A DNA stretch of 64,000 nucleotides from a virus (IMGVR_UViG_3300033463_000003); one strand, 5' to 3'; positions 26,053 to 38,182 are shown, counted from the stretch's first letter. Made by a program: numbers and translations. The notes: a model not told the origin generated them from the letters alone.

Positions 26053-26090
26053 AAATAAGCTGGCCATTTAGCTGGCTTATTTTTATTTTT
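26053..26090 (+). terminator. Intrinsic terminator ending the DNA-metabolism operon
   Basis: ATAAGCTGGC...GCTGGCTTAT-TTTT. Confidence 0.65.
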
Positions 26091-26154
26091 AGGCTAAACA
26101 ATCGCTAAATTAATTGATTTGAAAATGAATACTGAAGGAGTTATAGATTAATAT

Positions 26155-27198
26155 ATGGCAAAAGGATCAATTACTGCTGAAGAATTACAATTAAGTCAAG
26201 CATGGCTTAAAACAGTATTCTTTCCAGCTCTTCATGATAATACTGACTATTTAGCTAATGGTAGTAGATACACATTATGTAATGCTTGTAAAGCAATTTA
26301 TAATTTTATTTGCCAAAAACAATGGATTGATATTTCAGGATATATTTCTGATTTAGCTGGCATGCACTATAAAGTTGTTGATGAACGTACCCCAGAATCA
26401 GGTAATAACTGGTATGGAAGTTGGTATAAGGTAAGTGCTTCAAAACTTTATAAATTTTTTGCAAATATCTGTCGTGTCAAACAAATTTGGTGGGAAGATG
26501 ATGAACATACAAAAGAAGAAATGACAGCATTTTTAAGCACACCAATGGGAAAAACACTCTGGGAATTTGGTTGCTTTATTAGCCAAGATGATAGTGCTAC
26601 AAAAGTTAATATCAAAACACCAAGTAATTCAGCACCACGCCAACAAAGAGCTTCATCTGGTTCCAGTAGTGGTTCAGCAGGTTCTGGCTCTAAACTTAAT
26701 AAAGGTAATGCAGGTGGATTACTTGCACAAGATAAAGAAATTATTAATCAAACTGATATGTATTGGATTTGTGGTGAATTTGCTACACCAGGAAAAACAA
26801 AACCAAGAATTCATGTTAGCCCAATTAATCAACCAGCTCCACTAAAAGTTAAATACAATTCTGGACAAGGTTTTGATGATTGTATTTTATATTTTACTGA
26901 TAAAATTGAAGCTACAGCATTTATGGCAAAATGTGATGCTGCAAAACCAAGTACTGTTGCAAACTTAGAAGTTAAACGTGTTAGTACTGATCCTAATGGT
27001 TATTTTAAAGTTAATACTGAATTTGGTGAAGCATATATTAAAGCTGCCAAATTACATGAAATGCTTGAACAATTAGAAGAATCATCAGAAGAACATGTAC
27101 TTGAAGAGATTGATGAATCTTTCACAAGCATCCCAGAAGTTACTACAGAAAAAGATATTATGGAAGCATATGATGCACTATGCAGATTTATGGACTAA
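26155..27198 (+). CDS. Hypothetical late protein
   Basis: 347 aa after GCTAAATTA promoter; Ser/Gly linker, acidic tail. Confidence 0.8.
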   Translation: MAKGSITAEELQLSQAWLKTVFFPALHDNTDYLANGSRYTLCNACKAIYNFICQKQWIDISGYISDLAGMHYKVVDERTPESGNNWYGSWYKVSASKLYKFFANICRVKQIWWEDDEHTKEEMTAFLSTPMGKTLWEFGCFISQDDSATKVNIKTPSNSAPRQQRASSGSSSGSAGSGSKLNKGNAGGLLAQDKEIINQTDMYWICGEFATPGKTKPRIHVSPINQPAPLKVKYNSGQGFDDCILYFTDKIEATAFMAKCDAAKPSTVANLEVKRVSTDPNGYFKVNTEFGEAYIKAAKLHEMLEQLEESSEEHVLEEIDESFTSIPEVTTEKDIMEAYDALCRFMD

Positions 27199-27210
27199 GG
27201 AGTAAATAAA

Positions 27211-28803
27211 ATGAAAATTAAGCGTGTACAAAAATTAGTTGAAGAAGCAGTTAAAGTTAATAATACACCGAACATTGAAGAAATTGCTAATGCAAGCCGC
27301 CCATGTTGGTGCCTTGAATTTATTGGAGCACAATCTGGTTTATTTTTTGATAATGAAGAAGAAGCTAGAGCTGCTTTTAAAGATTTAAACGTTCCTGAAG
27401 ATATTCCAGAAAAAACTGGTGATGTTGTTCTTTGGTATCTTAATCCAGATAAAAATGATTATGATAAAGATATAGTTCTTGATTATATTAGAAACCCACT
27501 TGGAAAAAGTGAAGAAGAGCTTAGAATGTTAGGAATTACTGAAAAATTAAATGAAAAAATAGCAATGAAAGAAGCTGAAGGCGACCAACCACTTGATATT
27601 GAAGATGCTTCAGTTAAAGATGTTACTACTGATATTATTCAAGGTGCAGAAGAAGCTGGTGTTCCTGTAAACCCAGAAGCAGCTGCTGAAGAAGCTCAAA
27701 AAGTTTTAGATATTGCTGATGCTGTTGATTTTGATCTTAATCCATATGCAAAAATGACTGCAAAACCAAACTTAGTTACTCGTGCACTTCAAAGGTCACT
27801 TACTACAGCTATTAGAAACCGCTTATCTGGCCTTGGTAGAAAGGACTATCCAAATATTATCATTTATGGATTAGCTGGTTTTGGTAAAACTTCTATCGTT
27901 CAATCATTCTGTGATGCCCATAAAAATGCAGCAGGTGACGCTGGCTTACACTTATTCCCATGTGATGCTAAAACACTTGACTCTGCAACTGTTGGTGGTA
28001 TTCCATATCCAAAGAAAAATGATGAAACTGGTGAAACAACACAATCACCAATTGCCTCTGATTACTGGAAAAACCTTGAATTACCAAACACAATTTTATT
28101 CTTAGATGAATTAAACAGAGCTAATGCAAGAGTTAGGGGCACACTTTTAACACTTATTAATGAGCATAAATTACCTGCCTATATTGAGGATCCAGAAACA
28201 GGTAAAGTTAAGAATGAAAAATTCTATGAAAATATCTTATTTACTGTTATTGCAATTAACCCAGCTAGTGATGTATTTGAAGGTGCAAACCCATTAGACC
28301 CAGCTGAAGTTTCACGTGTTGTTGCAAGTATTGAACAAAAACCAGATATTAGAGACTTCTTAAATCTTTTAGATGGTATTTATGGCAGTATTAAAAATCT
28401 TACTACTTTACACCCAAATATTAAAATGGCATATGCTGGACAATATGACATTGCAAGAGCTATTTTAACTGATAGATCATTCTCTTTTGATAACGCTGAT
28501 GATGTTAAAGCTATTTATAAACGTCAACGTCAAGGACAAGTTGGAAACTACTTAAATTATCGTACTTTCTTTGGTATTTTATTAAACTGTGATGGTACAA
28601 AGAATGACTACTTTGATGCATTAGAAATTTCTGGTATCCAAGAATCTAAGGTACAATTAATTAAAAATATTTTAGCAACATATACTGATAAACAAACAGT
28701 CGGTAATCAAATCTTTGATACAACTGCAAGTGCTTCCCGTGTAAGAACAACTCAACTTGATGTTGAATCTGCATTAGCTGATTTTGAAGCATCACTTAAA
28801 TAA
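27211..28803 (+). CDS. MoxR-like AAA+ ATPase with acidic N-terminal extension
   Basis: GLAGFGKT, ILFLDELNRA, AINP, LDPAEVSR. Confidence 0.88.
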   Translation: MKIKRVQKLVEEAVKVNNTPNIEEIANASRPCWCLEFIGAQSGLFFDNEEEARAAFKDLNVPEDIPEKTGDVVLWYLNPDKNDYDKDIVLDYIRNPLGKSEEELRMLGITEKLNEKIAMKEAEGDQPLDIEDASVKDVTTDIIQGAEEAGVPVNPEAAAEEAQKVLDIADAVDFDLNPYAKMTAKPNLVTRALQRSLTTAIRNRLSGLGRKDYPNIIIYGLAGFGKTSIVQSFCDAHKNAAGDAGLHLFPCDAKTLDSATVGGIPYPKKNDETGETTQSPIASDYWKNLELPNTILFLDELNRANARVRGTLLTLINEHKLPAYIEDPETGKVKNEKFYENILFTVIAINPASDVFEGANPLDPAEVSRVVASIEQKPDIRDFLNLLDGIYGSIKNLTTLHPNIKMAYAGQYDIARAILTDRSFSFDNADDVKAIYKRQRQGQVGNYLNYRTFFGILLNCDGTKNDYFDALEISGIQESKVQLIKNILATYTDKQTVGNQIFDTTASASRVRTTQLDVESALADFEASLK

Positions 28804-28821
28804 TTACGAGGTGCATAACTC

Positions 28822-29589
28822 ATGGGAATTTATGAAAAATTATTAGAAGCAAGCGGTAAATTAAATGATGCTGCTTTAACAAAACAACTTGTTATTAAAA
28901 TGCTTATTGATGAAGGCTATGGCACTTATGCTAAACGCCTTAAAGAATATACATTTGTAGTAGCAGATGTTTTTCATGGTTGCCCAATTGAAGTTGCTGC
29001 AATGTTCCCAGACACTGGTGAAATTGTTATTAACCCATCATTTTTAGTTGATGCACCAGATGGAAAAATTTTCAAGCAGTTAAGCTTAGTTGTTAGACAT
29101 GAATTATTACACTTCTTACTTGTTCATGAAAAAAGATTTTATGATCATTTAAAGAAGGTTGACCCAGAATTTGAAAAAACATATAGACGTGCTTCAATCC
29201 ATGAGCTTGCTAATATTGCTATGGACTGGGAGCTTTCACAACGTGGTTATGATGACTATGATAAAGAAGTTGCTCATAACTTAACATTAAATGGCCGTGT
29301 TCTTGGTGGTTTAGTTCTTTCTATGGATAGACCTGAATGGATTGATAAGCCTATGGAAGAAATTTTTGACTTATTAAGAAAAGAACGTGAAGATGCTATT
29401 GCAGAAGCTGAAAAACTTGCTGAACAAGAAGAAATTGAAGTTACTATTCACAGAGCAAGCCATTCCCCAGAGTATATTGATGCTTATAATAAAGTAATTA
29501 AAAAGTATGATGATGAAATTTATTCTGATGCAGATCTTGAAGCTTTAATTACTGAATTAGAAGCAGATAATGATATTAATATTGACTAA
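28822..29589 (+). CDS. HExxH metallopeptidase-like domain protein (DUF2201-N-like)
   Basis: VVRHELLHFLLVH, ANIAMDWE. Confidence 0.8.
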   Translation: MGIYEKLLEASGKLNDAALTKQLVIKMLIDEGYGTYAKRLKEYTFVVADVFHGCPIEVAAMFPDTGEIVINPSFLVDAPDGKIFKQLSLVVRHELLHFLLVHEKRFYDHLKKVDPEFEKTYRRASIHELANIAMDWELSQRGYDDYDKEVAHNLTLNGRVLGGLVLSMDRPEWIDKPMEEIFDLLRKEREDAIAEAEKLAEQEEIEVTIHRASHSPEYIDAYNKVIKKYDDEIYSDADLEALITELEADNDINID

Positions 29590-29600
29590 GGAGGCTTAAT

Positions 29601-31103
29601 ATGACACAAGAAGAAAGAAAAGCTGCAAAAGAAGCCTTAGCTGCAATATTAAAAGCTAGAGCAATGTCACAAATTCCAGCAGGTCCAGGTGGAGGTGGTA
29701 TTCCAATTCCTCCAGGTTTAAAAGTAGATGTTGATGTTGACCCAGATTTACTTGAACCAAAAACAACCTCAAATGGTGATAATGGTCCAAAAATGAAAAT
29801 TAATGACCCTGATAATGTTTTAAAAGATAAAAATAAAAATAATCAAGGTGCTAATAATAATCAACAAAGTGGTAGTCAACAAGGTGGTCAAGAAAGCGGC
29901 GAAGATCAGCCACAAGGCGGAAGTCAACAAGGTTCTGATGGTCAAAACCAAAATGGTTCCCAAGATGGTAGTTCACAGGGTGGTAGCCAATCTGGTGAAA
30001 AACAAGATGGTAAACAAGGTGACAAACAAAGCGGACAAGGTGGTCAACAGGGTGAAAAAGGTGAAGAAGATGCTGGCGGACCAGGAACTCCTGACTATAA
30101 TGGTGGCTGGAATAAAGTAGTTGACCAACTTAATAGTGGTGAAATCGATAATATCCGTAATGCATTAGATAAATTAGGTCGTGGACAATTAGATGGTGTT
30201 GATCCTAAAAACCAACAAGAAGTTAAAGGAGCTAAGGATGCTTTAGGCCTTGCCTTAGCTGCTCAAAATAGAAAACTTAGAATGAGCAAGGAAGAAAAAG
30301 AAGCTCTTGAAGAAAAAGGATTAAAAATTCCAGCTAATGTTGAAATTGATGATGAAATTAGGTCTGATGAGGAAGAAGAAGAGTCAGAAGAAGATAAACA
30401 AGCTAGAATTGACAGAATTAATGATCCAAGTGAAATAGAACAAGATATTGAAGATATTATTACAGACGTTGACATCAGACAAGGCGATATTACAAGAGCT
30501 AAAGAAGATGAAAAACGTGCTATTGCTGAAAAGAACAAGCTATTAAACTTTGCTGATTTTGAAACAGACCTATTTGATGCTGTTAGATCACAAATTGGTG
30601 AAGCTAAAACACCAGATGAAACATACTTAAAAGTTAACCCAACATATGCTGATAGTGATTTATTAATGCCTGGAATGGATTATCCAGATGTTAAAATGAA
30701 ACCAATTATCTATGTTTATGTTGATCAATCTGGTTCATTTGATGATAATGATATTAAAGTTGCCGAAGAAGCAATTTCTACCCTTTGGGACTTTGAACGT
30801 AGGGGCAAAATTGAAACTAGAATGTTCTTCTTTGCTAACCACGTTTTTGATAATCCTCGTGATGCTCGTCGTGAGGGTGGAACACATGCTTTCCCAGATA
30901 TTCTTAGACATATTAATGATAGTGATGCAAATAATATTATTGTCCTATCTGATGCTGATTTTGATGGACAAACAAATTGGCAAACATGCGGAAACGTTGG
31001 TGTTAGAGGTTGTGTCTGGTGGTTATGGCGTTATGGAAATAGATCATGGAAAGCCCCAGAACACTTAAGAGGTGAACTTGGCAATTTCCAATATAAACTA
31101 TAA
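29601..31103 (+). CDS. vWA (MIDAS) domain protein with Gly/Gln/Ser linker
   Basis: VYVDQSGS, GGT, IVLSDAD. Confidence 0.85.
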   Translation: MTQEERKAAKEALAAILKARAMSQIPAGPGGGGIPIPPGLKVDVDVDPDLLEPKTTSNGDNGPKMKINDPDNVLKDKNKNNQGANNNQQSGSQQGGQESGEDQPQGGSQQGSDGQNQNGSQDGSSQGGSQSGEKQDGKQGDKQSGQGGQQGEKGEEDAGGPGTPDYNGGWNKVVDQLNSGEIDNIRNALDKLGRGQLDGVDPKNQQEVKGAKDALGLALAAQNRKLRMSKEEKEALEEKGLKIPANVEIDDEIRSDEEEEESEEDKQARIDRINDPSEIEQDIEDIITDVDIRQGDITRAKEDEKRAIAEKNKLLNFADFETDLFDAVRSQIGEAKTPDETYLKVNPTYADSDLLMPGMDYPDVKMKPIIYVYVDQSGSFDDNDIKVAEEAISTLWDFERRGKIETRMFFFANHVFDNPRDARREGGTHAFPDILRHINDSDANNIIVLSDADFDGQTNWQTCGNVGVRGCVWWLWRYGNRSWKAPEHLRGELGNFQYKL

Positions 31104-31140
31104 TTAATGTATAATATAATATAAAAATAGGAGTTAAACT

Positions 31141-31572
31141 ATGGAAAAACAAATTCTTAAAGAAGAAGAAATTACAACTGAATTACCAAAAGAAGATTTA
31201 CCAATGGATTTTGTTACATCTTTTGTTAGTAAATCATGGGATGAAGTTGGTGTATTAAAAGCAAGTATTGAAGCAATTTCAAAAGATTTCAATAATACAG
31301 AAAAAGTTGTTAGTGTTTTACAAGATTTAGCTGATGCATATTTAGTTTGTATTGGCCAATTGGAATTATTCTTACATAAAAATGATTATTTAACAAAAGA
31401 AGTCATAGCAGAACCAGAAATTGCAGCCCCAATTGAAGAGCCTGTAATTGTTGCTCCAGAAGCTCCAATTGTTTCAGAAGTTCCTGTTACAATTGAAACT
31501 CAACCACTTACAGAAAGTACTGAAGAAAAAGCTGATTTTGAGCCATTTGAGTACTTCTGTGATTTTGAATAA
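31141..31572 (+). CDS. Hypothetical acidic protein
   Basis: 143 aa, AGGAG SD. Confidence 0.75.
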   Translation: MEKQILKEEEITTELPKEDLPMDFVTSFVSKSWDEVGVLKASIEAISKDFNNTEKVVSVLQDLADAYLVCIGQLELFLHKNDYLTKEVIAEPEIAAPIEEPVIVAPEAPIVSEVPVTIETQPLTESTEEKADFEPFEYFCDFE

Positions 31573-31725
31573 TTAAATAAAGTAATAGTCAAGAAAAACA
31601 ACAGTAAATTACTGTTGTTTTTTATTATATTTGCTAAATTATATGATATCAAGGCTGTTGCTCTTATCCTTTCATCAGCAGCTTTGGTATCACTGAAGTA
31701 AAATATTGTAGTATTGGAGCACTAT

Positions 31726-33585
31726 ATGGAAAATAAAGAATTAATTGAAGATATGTTAGATGAAGCCTCAAATTTAAGTGCATATGAAAAAATGGACCTT
31801 TTTAATAGAGGCCAAAGAAGAGAAAATGTTAAGGCTTGTGGTGACCAAAAGCTTTTTGATTATCGTAGAATTTGTCAAAATAATAATTTTAATGTTGCAC
31901 TTGACCAAATTGAAGCTGAAATGGTAGCAAGAGGATTAATTTCTACATCACAAACAAGATTAGCACAAACTTCTGCAGCACAACAATCAAATGCTCCAAA
32001 ATTAATTAGTATTATTGCAGAAGATTTTTATATTCCAGATGCATTATTTGTAAAAGAACATCCAGAATCAAAAGCTATTATTGAACGCTATATGGCAGAA
32101 ACAGGCACAATTAAAAAAGCTATTGTTGCCCTTATTTTTGCTCTTTGTTTAAAACACCCACAAGAAGTTATTGATGAATTAAAAACATTTATTACTGTTA
32201 ACTGTGGTATTTCTAAAAATGAATTAAAAGCAATTATTTCAAGTTGCTTATCCGACCCAGAAATCTTAAAACGTATTGAACTTTGCGTTCGTGGTGCTTT
32301 AAGTTATCATGAAGATTTAGAAGAAGGAAAGAAAAAGAAAAAACCATATTCTTCAATGTCAATTACAACTGGTGATATTGCTTATAATATTGCACAATTT
32401 AATAAACGCATGGGCACTAATTTCCCAGGTAATGATAATAATAACCCAAGTACTGCTGAAGCACAAGCTGCTGCTGCAAAAGCTAATAATGCAGTTAGCG
32501 ATGGTGCAGGTGATGCTTCATCAAGTAGCTCTGCTGGCGAGGGCTCTGGTATAGCCTCTGGTGGTGATGCTGGAGCATCAGCTGGTGAAGGTGCTGGAAT
32601 GGGTGAAAGCCTAAAAGAAGGTAAGAAAAAATTTGCAGATGTTTTAATTAAAGTTGCTAAAGAAGCTGCTAAAAAATATAATGAACTTGACCAAGCAGAA
32701 AGAGACTGGCTAGAACAAGCTGGAACCTCTATGATTTTTGAAGATCAACCAGAATATTCAGAAATTCTTGACCCATTAAATCATTTTGATATTGAAGATT
32801 TAAAAGCTAATGGCATTAATACTGAAGATGAAGATTCAGCTTCTGATGATGCCTTCTGAGCTTTAGATAATAATTTCTGGGAATTTACTAAATCAGCAAC
32901 TGAAAGCTTAGAAGCAACTGTTGACCAAGATTTAAATGATAATAGACAACCAGAAAATGAGTTTGATTTAGAATTTGATAAACCACTTGATGCGAATGAA
33001 GTTAGAAAACATGAGGCTGGAATTGAAGAAGATTTGGACCCAATGAAAGCTTGGTATGATGCTGCTCTTGCTATTGCTAAACAAAATAATAAACCTGTTA
33101 TTTATGGTTATTTTTCAAAAGGTAAATATAATCAAGTAGACCCAATTATTTGTGATGATATGATTGCTTGTAATAGAGAATTTATGAAAAAATATCATCC
33201 AAGTGGAAGTATTTTAATTGCATACCCAGATAAACCATTTGTTGAAGAAGTTAATGAAGGCTTAAAAGAAGAGCTTAAAAAAGTTACTACTGAAGAAGAT
33301 TTATTTGACTTATACTATAATAACTGGCTTGACTGCGATGTAGACATTGATGATTTGCATGGTAGTTTTGAAGATGGTTTAAGTGGTAATGAATTTGATG
33401 AAGATGCAGCTTTAGAAATTTATGGCTGGAGTGATGCTTATGATTATCTTGAATCTATGTATGATTTAGGTAAAGATATTCATGATAGAGGTTTACAAGC
33501 AGTAGTTGCAGATGAAATTGCAAATAGAGACCCAAATGATCCAGATGATAAAGAATTACTTGAAGATACAGATATTATAAAATAA
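31726..33585 (+). CDS. Multi-module acidic protein (putative head-internal); one TGA=Trp at 32857
   Basis: Track ORFs 31714 and 33034 are in frame, separated only by TGA (DAF-W-ALDNNFW). Confidence 0.75.
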
Positions 33586-33605
33586 AGTATAGAGGAGCAT
33601 ATAAG

Positions 33606-36600
33606 ATGAAAAAAGAATTACATACTTATTACTATATTACAGACCCACATAAATTAGAAGGTACTGTTGTAGCAGCTAATCAAGAAGAGGCATATGTATT
33701 AGCTGAATTAGATTGTGCTGAAAACGGCATTTATGTAGCTGATGAAATTATTACTCTTGAATTATTAGAAAATAAGCAAGAAGAATTAAAAGAAGAAGCA
33801 CATGAAGAAATGCCTAATACTCTTTCAGCTATTTTAGACTATTTAAATAGCGATGAAGATGAAGCTATTGATGGCTATGAAAAAGCTATTGAAAAAATTG
33901 AAAATAAAACAGCAGAACTTAACAATGAACTTGATGCTTTAGAAGAATTAACAGACATTGATAATCCTAAAGATGAAGATTTAGATAGACTCGAAAATGT
34001 TGAAGCTGCTATTGATACACTTGAAAATATTGCTTCAGAGTTAGACCATATTGAAGTTGAAGAAGAAGAGCATAAAGCTGAATTAGAAGATGCTAAAGAT
34101 GATGCTAGACTTGCTAGTATTGATGATTTGAAACTTGAAGAAGCATTAACAGAAGCTATGGCTGATTTAGTTGATGAGGAAATTGAATTTGACCTTGAAG
34201 GTGAAGCTCTTGAAGAAGCAAAACGTAATGTCAAACGTTATTATATTAGACCACAAAATATCTACTGCTCCAATAAAACAGAAATTATTAAAAACTTAAT
34301 TAAACTTGCTGACCAAAACTGCTCTATTTATACTTTAAAAAATTTACCAGATAATAAAGATTTACACTTATTAACTAATAAAGATATTATTTATTACTAT
34401 GATGATGGTATTCTTTATGATAAAAACCACGTTAAAGTAATGGATTATGATTTATATATTAAGCATGAAGAAGAACGTAAAAAATTCCCAGGTGAAAATG
34501 GTGAAGGTGTTTCCGATACTACTTTTGCTGATGAATATGATGATAGAATTACTGATGCTGATTTAGATATGGAAGAAGCATTAGAATTAGATGAAGATAA
34601 AATTTATGTTGGTAAAATTAAGCAAGAAATGGAATTACCATCAGAAATTCACTTACTTTCACAAGATGAAGTTGAACAATTAATTGATTTACTTGAACCT
34701 GAAGAAGAATTTGAAGTCGGCTATGTTAGCCCATTATACTTCTATAAAGAATTATGGGATATCTTGCCAATTTTCAAATGTACTGAAATGTCTGGTTATA
34801 CTGGTGTTGACTTTTCACAAAGTGAAGATAGCGTCCATACTGATGCAGCACAAAGAGTAAAAGATGCACAAGATCAAATTGCTTTGGCTAAAGAAACAGG
34901 CAAACAAGTGTATGTTGGAGCAGATGTTAATTACTCAAATCAAAATAAATTAGTTCATCAATTTAAGAGAACTGATGCTATAGGTAGCAATGTAGTACAA
35001 AGTACAATTTTATTCTACCCAACATCAGAAGCTAAAGTTTGTTATTTCACAAAGCTTCCTGGCCAATCACAGTATCTTAAACTTACAGCTGAACAACTTG
35101 AAAAACATATCTATGATAATTTAGATAAGATTACAAGAAAATTCGATCTAGCAAAAGCTAAAACAAAAGTTTATGATACACTTTATGGTAAATCAGTACA
35201 AGATATTGATAGAGATACCCGTGGTGCTGCAGCATTAGACCCAAAATATATTTATAAATATGAAAGAGATAAACATTCAGTTAGAGCTCTTTATACAACA
35301 CAACTCTATATGTTAAATATTTCAGGAGCTTCTAGACGTGGCCATTCACTTGTTGAGTGTTTAAAAGAAGATTTAGACTTAAATGAAAATACAACTACAG
35401 GCCTCCCAGATTGGACTGAACTTTCTGATAAAGAAGAAGAAAAAGCATTAAATCTTAAATGGGCTGCTAATTTAAACGGTGAAGTTAATGGTATTTCTGG
35501 CGTTAAAGGTGCTCATGTTGATGTTATGTTTAAGTCCGGAAGAAGCTATGTAAAACGTTTTGGTGGTGAGCTTGTTAGAGTTGTCTATAATGATAAGTCT
35601 GAAAGATTAAATGCTAAAATTGCAAAAGATGGCGACTTAAGTAATATTAAAACATATAAATTTGCTGGTTTCTTTGAGCCACAAAAATTCGAAAGCAAAA
35701 CTAGTGGCGAAATAATTACCTACTATTTAGCTACAAAAGATCCAACATTAACATCAAGGCTTGAAACTTATATTGAAGATAAAAAAGATAAAAAAGCAAA
35801 AGCTAAAACTGCTGCTTATAAAGGCGCAAGAGCTGTTAGTAGCTTAACCCCTGAAGAAAAAGCTGAGGCACTTGACTGGTTTGCTAAAAATATAAAGAGT
35901 ATGGATATCACATGCCCAATCGGAAGCCCAACTTATACTGAAGAAGAGGGTGTTGTTGATAGCAGTAACCCAAAAGTCAAGAAAATTACAGATAAATTTA
36001 TTAAAATTAGTAAAGCTTTCCACAATGATTTTGATATTCCAGAAAGTGAACAAGAAGGCTACTTAGATGCAGCTCATAAGGTTCATTTTGGTGTTCGTGA
36101 TGCTGAAAAAGTACATGAAAAAACATTAGAATATTATACTTTCTGGGGATTAACATGTGAAATTGAATTTGCAACAAGCTTAAAAGATGCTAATGGTGTT
36201 GTTTTAGGCTTAATTGAACAAGCCAAGATTGATAGTATCAGAGCAAAGAATTCTGTCACTCCTTGGAAAGAAACAGATACAAGCATTAGTAGTATCTTCT
36301 TATGCTACTCCATTAAAGAATTAGTAAATGATGACTGGAATTTACTTTCAAAGCCTGGACAAGATCCAATTGCCCCAGAAGCAGCAAAAGTCATAGATAA
36401 TACAGAAGAAAACCCATTTGACCAAGAATTTGAGGAAGTTAATGCTTATGGTGAGGCTTTAACTGAAGGCAAGGTTAAAGGTGGAGTTTGCTGCATTTGT
36501 GGTGAAGAAATTGAAGGCTATGGAAATAACCCAGAACCAATTAAGCATGATGGCAGATGCTGTGATGCTTGTAACTTAAAATTTGTTATTCCTGCAAGAT

Positions 36601-36638
36601 TAGAAGGTATTGAAGGCGAACAAGAAGAAGAAGAATAA
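33606..36638 (+). CDS. 1010-aa modular acidic protein with ferritin-like segment and C-terminal Cys cluster
   Basis: DEDEAIDGYE...EEEEHKAEL; CCICG..YGNNP..CCDAC; repeated EAL(T/E)E linkers. Confidence 0.75.
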   Translation: MKKELHTYYYITDPHKLEGTVVAANQEEAYVLAELDCAENGIYVADEIITLELLENKQEELKEEAHEEMPNTLSAILDYLNSDEDEAIDGYEKAIEKIENKTAELNNELDALEELTDIDNPKDEDLDRLENVEAAIDTLENIASELDHIEVEEEEHKAELEDAKDDARLASIDDLKLEEALTEAMADLVDEEIEFDLEGEALEEAKRNVKRYYIRPQNIYCSNKTEIIKNLIKLADQNCSIYTLKNLPDNKDLHLLTNKDIIYYYDDGILYDKNHVKVMDYDLYIKHEEERKKFPGENGEGVSDTTFADEYDDRITDADLDMEEALELDEDKIYVGKIKQEMELPSEIHLLSQDEVEQLIDLLEPEEEFEVGYVSPLYFYKELWDILPIFKCTEMSGYTGVDFSQSEDSVHTDAAQRVKDAQDQIALAKETGKQVYVGADVNYSNQNKLVHQFKRTDAIGSNVVQSTILFYPTSEAKVCYFTKLPGQSQYLKLTAEQLEKHIYDNLDKITRKFDLAKAKTKVYDTLYGKSVQDIDRDTRGAAALDPKYIYKYERDKHSVRALYTTQLYMLNISGASRRGHSLVECLKEDLDLNENTTTGLPDWTELSDKEEEKALNLKWAANLNGEVNGISGVKGAHVDVMFKSGRSYVKRFGGELVRVVYNDKSERLNAKIAKDGDLSNIKTYKFAGFFEPQKFESKTSGEIITYYLATKDPTLTSRLETYIEDKKDKKAKAKTAAYKGARAVSSLTPEEKAEALDWFAKNIKSMDITCPIGSPTYTEEEGVVDSSNPKVKKITDKFIKISKAFHNDFDIPESEQEGYLDAAHKVHFGVRDAEKVHEKTLEYYTFWGLTCEIEFATSLKDANGVVLGLIEQAKIDSIRAKNSVTPWKETDTSISSIFLCYSIKELVNDDWNLLSKPGQDPIAPEAAKVIDNTEENPFDQEFEEVNAYGEALTEGKVKGGVCCICGEEIEGYGNNPEPIKHDGRCCDACNLKFVIPARLEGIEGEQEEEE

Positions 36639-36658
36639 AAGTAAAGGAAGTAAGTAAA

Positions 36659-38182
36659 ATGCATTATACTGATGAATTACTCGAATCAATTTTAGATGCT
36701 GAACCTACTACTTCAATAGTTACTGCATTAGATAAAACTACTCCATATATGTTAAGATCTGATGGGGCTTTACTTGAATGTAGCACCATCCATCCATATA
36801 TTAAAATGTTTTATAAAGATGACTTTGAAGTAAATTATAATAATCTTTTAGAGCATCCACAATTTTTAGTATGGTTTTATAATAATACTTTACTTCCAGA
36901 AACTAAAGAAGCTATTGCTGAGTTAATTTATTTATCACCTGAGTTAAAAGATTTAATTTCTGAATTAAATATATCAAATCCTAAGCATTTTGATGAAATT
37001 ATAGCTGTTTTTGATAGATTAAATTACCTAACAAATCAAGAATTCTGTCGTGTAAGAACATCAAACTTTAAATATGCTTATGGTGGTGATAATGGTGAAA
37101 TCTACTTTAGAATAAGCTCAACAGGATTTAATTGGTTTGATTTAATCTGAAAAATAGTGTTAAAATTTAAGTCAGCTATTAAATATGTTACTATAATGAG
37201 TGATTATGCAACATTTGGAAAACAATTTGACTATTATAGATATAAAAATATAGTATTCAATAAACTTCCAATTGATGAATTCTTAACACTTCCTGGAAAC
37301 CCAATACTTGAATGTATGTCAAAAGATACTATTGTTGAAACTATTATCAATGAAGCACCTGAAAAACATGATACATTAAATCCTAAATTATTTGGTGAAG
37401 ATGAAAAATTAAAACCAGAAGTCCACGCAAAATTATTAGAAATTGCTGATGATTTTATGGACGGACTAACTGAAGATGATATTAAATTTGACTTAGAAGA
37501 TATTGTTATTGTTGGCTCTAATTGCTCTTATAATTATAACTCTAAATCTGACCTTGATATGCATCTTAGATTTAATACAGAAAGTTTAACATGCCCAGAT
37601 AATTTATACCCACTTATCTATAGTGCTTATAGAAGTATCTGGAATAAAAATCATGACCTTTCAATCTATGGCATCCCTGTTGAAATCTTTGTTGAAACAG
37701 ACCAAGATGTTGATCAACAAGAGCTTATTGCTGCTGACGCTGAAAATGACTTACTAACAGACAATGAAACGCCTCTTACTGAAGCTGCACCTGTTGGTAA
37801 ATTGGTTTCAAATGGTATCTATTCAGTACTTCATAATGATTGAGTAAAGCATCCAGTAAAAGAAGATATCCCAGATATTGATATCGATATGTTTAATAGG
37901 ATATATGATAAATGGGATGCTGCTTATGCTGAAATTGCAGAAAACCCAACCATTGAAGATATTGATGATTTCTTAACAGATTTATATGATTTAAGAAAAC
38001 AAAGTATTGCCCGCGAAGGTGAATATGGTATTGGAAACTTAGTATTTAAAGAATTAAGAAACCGTGAATACCTTGATAATCTAAGAAATATTAAACGTGA
38101 ACTTCGTGATAAAGAGCTATCCCTTGAAAGCTTAGACAAAAAAGAAATTACTGAAGATTACGAAATTTGATTTCAGGACTAA
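36659..38182 (+). CDS. Pol-beta-superfamily nucleotidyltransferase-domain protein (3 TGA=Trp)
   Basis: Three track ORFs in one frame joined at TGA 37148, 37841, 38168; VGSNCSYNY..SDLDMH, PVEIFVE. Confidence 0.8.

Noticed and set aside
29840-30080. Gly/Gln/Ser low-complexity stretch as a DNA repeat element
   Set aside because: Ordinary disordered linker of vWA-associated proteins.
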